From: Escherichia phage vB_EcoS-phiEc4
Direction: 5' to 3' (one strand)
DNA length: 44,540 nucleotides
Sequence record: MZ576218
The notes beneath the pieces were generated by a model, which ran no database searches, was not told the DNA's origin, and saw only the letters and a program-made list of their open reading frames with translations. How positions within the stretch are numbered: the stretch's first letter is position 1; every line of letters starts with the position of its first letter. The translations under genes and the position numbers were made by a program. Positions 8,021 through 15,054 of the stretch are shown here, piece after piece.

Positions 8021-8200
8021 ATGGCAGATAATTATGTAATCCGCGAAAAGTACACCCACGTTGATATTGTAGACGGTCAGGTGATGCCTGTTCGCGGTGT
8101 GGTAGAAGCGGATGAACTGGTTGCGACTCAACCGGACAACGAAGAAGCGCACAACAACGGCGGTGGTGCTAAGCGTCGTCGCCGTAAATCAGAGGAATAA
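8021..8200 (+). CDS. 59-aa protein with basic C-terminus (GAKRRRRKSEE)
   Basis: not in ORF track; RBS AGGAAAGG 3 nt upstream of ATG; fills gap between decoration and adaptor genes. Confidence 0.4.
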   Translation: MADNYVIREKYTHVDIVDGQVMPVRGVVEADELVATQPDNEEAHNNGGGAKRRRRKSEE

Positions 8201-8203
8201 TTT

Positions 8204-8716
8204 ATGCCGCTAATCGTGGAAGACGGGTCGATAGTACCTAACGCCGACAGTTACATTAGTCTGGCTGACGCCCGCGCGTTAGCGGCTAATTACGGTCTTG
8301 AGTTACCCTCAGACGATACTGCCGCAGAGGTGGCACTGCGCAACGGCGCTACTTATGTCGGGCTTGCAGAACCGCAGATGTGCGGCCGCCGTGTGTCCGC
8401 CGAGCAGTCCCTGGCGTACCCACGTACGGGAACAACACTAAACGGCTTCACCGTAGCTGATAATGTTATCCCACCGCAGTTAATCCGGGCGCAGGTAATC
8501 GCCGCTGTTACGTATGGAGCGGGCACTGATGTTCGGGCTAACTCCGATGGACGTTCCGTGCAGACCGAGCGTGTAGAGGGTGCGGTAACAGTTACCTACT
8601 TCAACAACGGCAACAGCGGGGCCACAACCGCGATTACCGCCGCTGACGACGCCTTACGCCCGTTACTGTGTGGTGGTCTTAACAACGGCTTCTCATTTAA
8701 TGTGTACCGGGGTTAA
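8204..8716 (+). CDS. head-tail adaptor / connector protein
   Basis: 170 aa, first gene of neck block after capsid; assignment by position. Confidence 0.45.
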   Translation: MPLIVEDGSIVPNADSYISLADARALAANYGLELPSDDTAAEVALRNGATYVGLAEPQMCGRRVSAEQSLAYPRTGTTLNGFTVADNVIPPQLIRAQVIAAVTYGAGTDVRANSDGRSVQTERVEGAVTVTYFNNGNSGATTAITAADDALRPLLCGGLNNGFSFNVYRG

Positions 8717-8718
8717 AA

Positions 8719-9333
8719 ATGGCGAAGACTAAATCAGAGATGTTTACTCTTATCGGCGCAAACCTCCCCGATAACACTACCGGGCTTATTACCCCAGCAG
8801 CGTTGCGCGAGGTAATGACACAGATGGCTGACTCACCTATTTACGCCACTCCAGGTGTTAAAGAGGTTGAAGTTCTCCGTGCCGCGTCTACGGTAACCCA
8901 AGCGCCTACCGCGGTAGATACGGCATTGCAGTTAACTTTCGGTGCAGCTCAGGGTAGTGCATCCGACCCGGTAATGATTAATGCTGCGGGGCTGGTTACA
9001 TTCAACACCGCCGGTAACTACGCCGTTCGCATCAAGTTACAGGCAGGCCGCACAGGTGCCAGCGGAACGTCAATCCTGCTATCACGTATTTTAGTAAACG
9101 GCGCTCAGTACGGCTCACCCGCCGCCACGAAACTGGTAAGCGCGGACACCACAATCCCGATTGAATCTCGCGTTGTTATTAACCCAACAGCAGGCCAGAC
9201 TTTTGCCGTTCAGATTATGCGGGATAGCGCCGGAAGCAACTTCGGCGGCGTATACCCGCAAGCGGCTACCGTAACCGCATGGGGTACAGCACCATCCGCG
9301 CTACTGGTTATCTCGAGACTGGAGGCCGCCTGA
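8719..9333 (+). CDS. structural protein of head-tail joining region
   Basis: 204 aa, Ala/Thr/Gly-rich; position between adaptor and head-closure genes. Confidence 0.4.
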   Translation: MAKTKSEMFTLIGANLPDNTTGLITPAALREVMTQMADSPIYATPGVKEVEVLRAASTVTQAPTAVDTALQLTFGAAQGSASDPVMINAAGLVTFNTAGNYAVRIKLQAGRTGASGTSILLSRILVNGAQYGSPAATKLVSADTTIPIESRVVINPTAGQTFAVQIMRDSAGSNFGGVYPQAATVTAWGTAPSALLVISRLEAA

Positions 9334-9692
9334 TGAGCACAGCTTTCAGTAAACGTATGCAAGGCGTAGGTACACGCCTGTTAACCAAATTCGGTAGCAC
9401 GGTATCTCTGATTCGCGCTGGCTCGAAAGTGTGGGATGAAGTTCTCGGTGAGTACGTCTGGTCTGCGGATGAAGTGTTGCCGTTGAAGGCCGTTCCGGTT
9501 CCTGTTAATGCGGGTCTGGTGAACGGTACGACGATTCAGGCTGGTGACATGATTGTTAAAGCCGATTACAGCGTCGTTCCTAAGATGGAAGACAAAGTGC
9601 AATTCGGCGGCGAGCAATGGTCCGTCGTAGCCATTGAGAAGAAGGTGGTTAACGATGATGTTGTGTCCTACTTTATTCAGGTGAGAAAATGA
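9333..9692 (+). CDS. head closure / neck protein
   Basis: track ORF 9279..9692; likely start ATG 9333 with GGAGG RBS and ATGA overlap with previous stop. Confidence 0.45.
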   Translation: MSTAFSKRMQGVGTRLLTKFGSTVSLIRAGSKVWDEVLGEYVWSADEVLPLKAVPVPVNAGLVNGTTIQAGDMIVKADYSVVPKMEDKVQFGGEQWSVVAIEKKVVNDDVVSYFIQVRK

Positions 9693-10084
9693 GTTTCGCG
9701 CTGGACGTCTCTAAGTTCGTGGAAAAGGCGAAGAAGAACCCTGAGAAGGTGATGCGTCAGGTGTCTATCAAGCTGTTTTCCGCTATCATAAAGGCGAGTC
9801 CGGTAGATACAGGCCGCTTTCGTATGAACTGGATGGCGTCTGGCGGCACTCCCGCCTCGGGGATTACGGATGGTACGGATAAATCAGGAAACACAGCAAC
9901 CGGAAACGCTACAAGTTTCGTACTGAAAGCCGCCGACTGGCACGAGTTTACACTGACAAATAACCTGCCGTATGCGCAACGGCTGGAGTATGGCTGGTCG
10001 CAACAGGCCCCCGCCGGGATGGTCAGGACTAATGTGTCTCGCTTCCAGCAACTCATTAACGAAGAAACCAACAAGGTGAAATGA
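9689..10084 (+). CDS. tail completion protein (HK97 gp10-like)
   Basis: 131 aa with VDTGRFRMNW motif characteristic of HK97 gp10 family. Confidence 0.6.
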   Translation: MSFALDVSKFVEKAKKNPEKVMRQVSIKLFSAIIKASPVDTGRFRMNWMASGGTPASGITDGTDKSGNTATGNATSFVLKAADWHEFTLTNNLPYAQRLEYGWSQQAPAGMVRTNVSRFQQLINEETNKVK

Positions 10085-10497
10085 TGGGCTACTTTGAGGA
10101 CTTAACAAAAGCGTTCGATGTGCCACTGGTAGCCTTCGGAACAGCAAACGGCATAAAGGTAGCGCTTGAAAACATCGACGCGCCGACGTCAACAGATACG
10201 CCGTATCTGGCAAGTTACATGTTGCTGGCGGATACCGAGCAGGCTGACTTATTCTTCACGGAACAACGCGCCGGTGTCTATCAGATAGACATTAACTACG
10301 CATCGGTGAAAGGTAGCGCGCCAATCAATAAAATGGCAGACTTACTTAACACGGCGTTTAAAGCAGGTAAGTCATTTTCACGTAACGACATCTGCGCCGA
10401 GGTTCAATCGGTAAGCCTGGGGCCGCTGATTGTAGAAAACGGATGGGCCAAAAGACCATTGTCAATTAACTTTATTGCATTCACCAAGAGGCTGTGA
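10081..10497 (+). CDS. tail terminator protein
   Basis: 138 aa immediately upstream of major tail protein gene; position-based. Confidence 0.45.
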   Translation: MMGYFEDLTKAFDVPLVAFGTANGIKVALENIDAPTSTDTPYLASYMLLADTEQADLFFTEQRAGVYQIDINYASVKGSAPINKMADLLNTAFKAGKSFSRNDICAEVQSVSLGPLIVENGWAKRPLSINFIAFTKRL

Positions 10498-11666
10498 ATA
10501 TGGCTACAACTCCTTTTAAGGGCGCGAATACCGCGCAATTCTATGTGGCGGAAGTGACCCCGGGCGTAACACCGGCTAACCCGGTATGGTCGCCGTTGCG
10601 CAACACGGGCGGCGTTCCTGCCATTACCCGCGACACGCTGACCTCCAACGAACTTGACGGCAGCCGAGAAACCACATCCATCCGCACCGGTAACAAGCAG
10701 GTTAGCGGAGAATACGCTATTGAGCTTAGCTCTAAAAGTCAGGACGACTGGTTAGCCGGGGCTTTAGGCTCTACGTGGCAATCCGGCGTTTCCCTGTCAG
10801 GACTATCGATTACCGTCGCACCCGCGGGCAAGACGTTCACACGCGCTACCGGCAGTTTTATCACTGACGGAGTTGGGGTAGGCGACCTGATTGCGTTTAC
10901 CGATTTAACAGGCGATAACGCAAAACCATTTATTGTTACTGCAGTAACGGCTACGGTTGTTACTGGTGCGGGCATCCAACACACCCTGACCACCGAGACA
11001 AAAACTAGTAAGGCTAAAACTGGCGACACGTTGGAAACCGGTAACACGTGTAAGACGTTCTCTATCCTTACCTGGTACAAAGGCCAGTGCGGCGGTACTG
11101 ACGCGTACACGTTAACCAAAGGCGTGGAAGTTTCTGGTTTTACCATCGAACAGGCTGTTAACGCGATGGTAACTGGCAGCTTCCCATTCATCGGTCGCAG
11201 TCAGGAGATTCTCACTACGCCGCCGACCGGTTCCAACTTCTCATCTGTTACTTTTGGTGATGAGCCGTTCTCTTCGGTTGACGTTTCCGTGTTCGATGGC
11301 TCTACGCCGTTGCGTTGTGATAGCCTTACCATCACCAACGACAACAGCGCGTCCGCGCAGTTCGAACTCGGCAACTCTAACGTTGCGTTTGTGGAACGTA
11401 GCCGCGCAGCTAACACCTTCTCCATCTCCGGTAAGCTGTATGACATGGCTATGATTCAGAAGTTTATCAACGAGCAGCAGGTAGAGATTAACTCTATTCT
11501 GGCAGGGGTAAACGGGGCTATGTCTTTCAGTTTGAAACGTGCAGAGCTTACGGCGGTTACACCAGAGATTGGCGGACCCGAGTCAATCACTCAGTCCATT
11601 GAGGGGCAGGCCACCGGCAACCAGTACCAGTCGTCTATCGTAATTCAACGTATCACCTACGCATAA
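10494..11666 (+). CDS. major tail protein
   Basis: 390 aa, Thr/Gly/Ser-rich beta-type sequence; followed by strong terminator; upstream of chaperone and tape measure genes. Confidence 0.7.
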   Translation: MNMATTPFKGANTAQFYVAEVTPGVTPANPVWSPLRNTGGVPAITRDTLTSNELDGSRETTSIRTGNKQVSGEYAIELSSKSQDDWLAGALGSTWQSGVSLSGLSITVAPAGKTFTRATGSFITDGVGVGDLIAFTDLTGDNAKPFIVTAVTATVVTGAGIQHTLTTETKTSKAKTGDTLETGNTCKTFSILTWYKGQCGGTDAYTLTKGVEVSGFTIEQAVNAMVTGSFPFIGRSQEILTTPPTGSNFSSVTFGDEPFSSVDVSVFDGSTPLRCDSLTITNDNSASAQFELGNSNVAFVERSRAANTFSISGKLYDMAMIQKFINEQQVEINSILAGVNGAMSFSLKRAELTAVTPEIGGPESITQSIEGQATGNQYQSSIVIQRITYA

Positions 11667-11671
11667 AACTA

Positions 11672-11697
11672 AGGCCCCTTTCGGGGCCTTTTTCTTA
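11672..11697. terminator. bidirectional rho-independent terminator
   Basis: AGGCCCC-TTTC-GGGGCCT followed by TTTTTCTT; between convergent major tail gene (+) and kinase gene (-). Confidence 0.75.
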
Positions 11698-12249
11698 CAA
11701 ACCTAATTTTAAAGCAATGTCTATAACGTTCGATTTAACGTCACCCGGTATGATGTAGGTGTCGTAATCTTTTACACCACTAACATCATACAGATAGCCA
11801 CGGCTATCGCCGATGAACGTATAGCCGTCACGATGGAGGCGAACGATTTGCACGTCATGCCCTGCGGCGACGATAGGGGCAACTTCACTGGCGAATCCAC
11901 CGTCGGACACTACAAAAACTTCGTCGCCGTCAGGCAAGTTTTCAGCAAGATACTTACCGAAATAATCATCGCCGAATACCGGTTTAATGAATTGCTCAGA
12001 AATGGCAATCATTAACTGGCGGCGGGACAACCCATTAAGAAAACCCTCGGGTTTTTCTTTCCGCGCCCGGTCGTCGTAGCCGTCGAGAAATTCGTGGTAA
12101 GCATCCTGGCCTAACGCTGCCAAAGCAATATTGAACATTGGATTCTTGAAACTGGTAGTTCCTTTCGCAAAGCCCATTTCTACCAGCGCCATAGCAAGCG
12201 TGTCTTTCCCGCAACCCGCAGGGCCATTAAGAATAATTACCTTAGCCAT
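11695..12249 (-). CDS. P-loop kinase, deoxynucleoside monophosphate kinase-like
   Basis: 184 aa; Walker A GPAGCGKDT; LSRRQLMIAISEQ segment resembles T4 gp1 dNMP kinase; start overlaps upstream stop (TAATG). Confidence 0.55.
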   Translation of the reverse strand: MAKVIILNGPAGCGKDTLAMALVEMGFAKGTTSFKNPMFNIALAALGQDAYHEFLDGYDDRARKEKPEGFLNGLSRRQLMIAISEQFIKPVFGDDYFGKYLAENLPDGDEVFVVSDGGFASEVAPIVAAGHDVQIVRLHRDGYTFIGDSRGYLYDVSGVKDYDTYIIPGDVKSNVIDIALKLGL

Positions 12250-12737
12250 TATTTATCGCTCCCGTGTGGTTTTAAGTGTGTAGAGTTCCCGTTACAGTCG
12301 TATTCGGTAACTGCGTGTGCGGTTATGCCGAGGTCACGGAAATGCTTTATTACCGCTGGAGAGTCGTCGAACGCACACAAGATTCTTTCCAGTCCGAAAG
12401 CACGCAACACCTCTTCTTTAATTACGATGTCTTTTCTGTTGTCGTGTTTGCTGCGCATGATTAGCGTGTCAAACCTAACGTTATTCTCTCGTAACCATTC
12501 GCGAGTCTCCTCCTCAGCGTCATCACTTCGCCCGGTAAGGATAATTATAGTAAGTCCGGAATGCCACAGTACGCTACACAAATGGATATTGTCGTATATC
12601 GGAGCGTCATCTTTGCAGGCCATGTTAAATGGCTTCCACGCCCACGTTTCTCCGTAGTTATCTTTTGGTAACAGGTGTAAGCGATGGGTACCGTCGGCCA
12701 ATGTCCCGTCTAAATCGAAAATTACAATATCTTTCAT
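12249..12737 (-). CDS. HAD-family phosphatase, T4 polynucleotide kinase 3'-phosphatase domain-like
   Basis: 162 aa; HAD motif I FDLDGTL, motif II LTGR, DNRKD..KEE and AFDDS segments closely parallel the T4 Pnk phosphatase domain. Confidence 0.7.
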   Translation of the reverse strand: MKDIVIFDLDGTLADGTHRLHLLPKDNYGETWAWKPFNMACKDDAPIYDNIHLCSVLWHSGLTIIILTGRSDDAEEETREWLRENNVRFDTLIMRSKHDNRKDIVIKEEVLRAFGLERILCAFDDSPAVIKHFRDLGITAHAVTEYDCNGNSTHLKPHGSDK

Positions 12738-13864
12738 CCCAGCATCTCCGGTGAAATAGTTAAACGTGCGACCTCGCCATATTCGGCGCTATAAGTAATT
12801 ACATTTGCACTGCGGCCCGACATCCATCCGCCGCGAGAGGCGTAGGCGTCTTTAGCCGCTAAGGTGCGGTGTTGCTCAACAATCATGTTACGGCTTTCTA
12901 CAATCTTCTGGTGGTGCAGATGGCCTACGTGGGCGTAGCTGTAAACACTCTCGCCGAACGCTTTACGGAACTTGGCAATCATAACCGGTTCGATAGCGTC
13001 GAATCGTGCTTTATGCCCGTGATGGAAGAACAGCGTCGTTTTGCCGTGTTGCACCATCTTGTAAACATCCGGCGACGTATCGACGAATACACGAGGCTCG
13101 TTGTCGTACAGTGTGCTGAACATCTCCGCCAGCCAAATCATCCCGGATTCGTCGTGGTTCCCCTGAACTATAAGCAAGCGAACAGTTTTATGCTTAACCA
13201 GAGCCATATCAACAACACGGCGGACCATGCGAATCATGTAGCGGACAAGTTTCTGGTAACGCGTGTCGGCGTCAAGGACATGACCACTCGCCGGTGTAAC
13301 GGCGTCAAGACTATCGAAGTGAGCTAAGTCGCCAAGAAGATTAATAACCCCCGTACCTGCATCCGGTGCTTTCTGAAACGCAGCATCAAACCAACGAGAG
13401 AATAAGTCCTCCGCGATTTTCATATCCCAGTCGTCGCCGCTCTCGTCAGCCCAGGCTAACATACCGAGATGGAAATCAGATACCGTGTAAAGATTGAGTA
13501 GTTTATCGTCACGTTTGGCTCGTGCCGGTTTAACAGGCGCAACGGGCGTAATCTCTGACTTCATGCCCTCTATTACGGCTTTCATCAATTCAACCTGACG
13601 TTCGGCATCAGCGTCGGTCTTAACCCATTGCAACTTAGTGTTGCCGAACTCGTCCACCAGGGACGACGTTCCTTTAATCTTGTAACCGTCTGGTACAAGG
13701 TGACTAACGTCGCGCCCGTGGCCTACGCCTTTCTTAGCCAGCTTCGCTTTACGGATTCGGATAACGCGGTCTGAGATTCCGTATTTACGGGCGATATCGA
13801 TATTCTTCATCCCGGCGTTCAATTCTTCCTGTAATTGCTCGTCGGTTATTTTCTTCTGGGCCAT
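12734..13864 (-). CDS. HTH domain fused to calcineurin-like metallophosphoesterase (SbcD/Mre11-like motifs)
   Basis: track ORF 12734..13969; likely start ATG 13864 with RBS GAGGAAG; motifs SDFHLG, GDLAHFD, GNHDE, HHGH, GHLHH; N-terminal basic HTH-like segment. Confidence 0.65.
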   Translation of the reverse strand: MAQKKITDEQLQEELNAGMKNIDIARKYGISDRVIRIRKAKLAKKGVGHGRDVSHLVPDGYKIKGTSSLVDEFGNTKLQWVKTDADAERQVELMKAVIEGMKSEITPVAPVKPARAKRDDKLLNLYTVSDFHLGMLAWADESGDDWDMKIAEDLFSRWFDAAFQKAPDAGTGVINLLGDLAHFDSLDAVTPASGHVLDADTRYQKLVRYMIRMVRRVVDMALVKHKTVRLLIVQGNHDESGMIWLAEMFSTLYDNEPRVFVDTSPDVYKMVQHGKTTLFFHHGHKARFDAIEPVMIAKFRKAFGESVYSYAHVGHLHHQKIVESRNMIVEQHRTLAAKDAYASRGGWMSGRSANVITYSAEYGEVARLTISPEMLG

Positions 13865-13902
13865 GCTTACTTCCTCGTGTTTAGGATTTGTCTTATAGTA
13901 GC

Positions 13903-14094
13903 CTACTTCTCTTTCACGTTCGAGTTGCAAGCCCAGATTAAAATGAATACCCACGGCAACAGAATCCACCCGAGAAATAAGTTAGCCATGAATATCGCCA
14001 GCTTTGCTTTATGGTTACGCATATGTGCCACCAAAAACGGGATAAAATAAACGGCTACAAAAATAATTAAGAAGAACATAGTGATACCGGTCAT
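13903..14094 (-). CDS. superinfection immunity (Imm-like) small membrane protein
   Basis: track ORF 13903..14121; likely start ATG 14094 with RBS AGGAG; pattern IPFLVAHMRNH...NLFLGWILLPW...LIWA resembles the small superinfection-immunity family as recalled. Confidence 0.6.
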   Translation of the reverse strand: MTGITMFFLIIFVAVYFIPFLVAHMRNHKAKLAIFMANLFLGWILLPWVFILIWACNSNVKEK

Positions 14095-14136
14095 AACATA
14101 ACTCCTGATTTGAGATAACATCGTTGGTGTAAGTGA

Positions 14137-14165
14137 ATAGTACGCTATTATATTGGGGGGTGCAA
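14137..14165 (-). promoter_or_regulatory. promoter P_A copy 2 (TTGCAC-17-TACTAT) with AATAG-TACG-CTATT palindrome
   Basis: near-identical to 4902..4930; drives the minus-strand Imm/phosphoesterase/phosphatase/kinase operon. Confidence 0.6.
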
Positions 14166-14272
14166 GTAGTGTGCTAGAATAATTTTGCGCCTAGTGTCGC
14201 ACACGAAAAGCGGGTGGTTCCCGTCTGGCGCATTTCCTTTAACCAGTAACCTCTTAACCAAAGGATTAAAGA

Positions 14273-14689
14273 ATGAAACTTTCTGATTTTTATTACGAAG
14301 CGGAAGCCGAAAAGGGCGCACGTATGCCGATACCGCTAAAAGACGGTACTGATTCCGGGGAATGGCTTAATGTTGTTTCTCCTGAGGCGGACGTTGCCGT
14401 TAAGGCTATGCGCGCGTTCACCCTTGCATACCGGGCAGTATTAGGGAAATTAAAACCGCTTCGTGATAAGTGCGAAGAGATGAAAGATTTCTCTGAATAC
14501 AACCTGAAGATGGAAGACGCGGCGACGGACCTTAACCGTCAGTTAGCGATTGAATTGGTTAACGGGTGGAGCCTTGACGACGAATTCAATAAAGAGAATC
14601 TGAACACACTCCTGACGCAATATAAACGACTCGCGGAACTTGTTGTTGTGTTTCATAACGAACAACTGCACCAGCTACAGGAAAAGTAG
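14273..14689 (+). CDS. tail assembly chaperone (G-like)
   Basis: 138 aa immediately upstream of tape measure gene; followed by -1 frame ORF lacking its own RBS. Confidence 0.55.
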   Translation: MKLSDFYYEAEAEKGARMPIPLKDGTDSGEWLNVVSPEADVAVKAMRAFTLAYRAVLGKLKPLRDKCEEMKDFSEYNLKMEDAATDLNRQLAIELVNGWSLDDEFNKENLNTLLTQYKRLAELVVVFHNEQLHQLQEK

Positions 14690-14694
14690 ACGCG

Positions 14695-15054
14695 TTGCTC
14701 CAGTTCGCCCGTTGGAACTTCATAACCCGCCACAAACGGCGGGAATTTGACAGTATCGCCGATGGGCATAAAGCCGCGCTAATTGCTATGGGGGTTATGC
14801 AAGACGCGCCGGATGCAACGCAGGCCGCTGGGCCGGAATGCCCCCCTGAGCTACTAACCACATTTGAGAAGTACAGGGAAATTAAATTCACCCGCCGAGT
14901 GGACGACGACGGCATCAAGATGTACCCGCGCGAGCAATTACGATGGTCAGATTTAGTGGCGTACAGCACCGTTTCAGGCCAGAATATAGGGATGTTCGAA
15001 TCCGACATCATCATGAGCTTAGACGCTATTTTCGAGGGTAGAAACGATGGCTGA
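14695..15054 (+). CDS. tail assembly chaperone T-domain, probably expressed as G-T fusion by -1 frameshift
   Basis: -1 frame relative to 14273..14689; frame open from 14659; near-slippery GGAAAAG at 14680..14686; no ATG or SD at its 5' end. Confidence 0.45.
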   Translation: MLQFARWNFITRHKRREFDSIADGHKAALIAMGVMQDAPDATQAAGPECPPELLTTFEKYREIKFTRRVDDDGIKMYPREQLRWSDLVAYSTVSGQNIGMFESDIIMSLDAIFEGRNDG

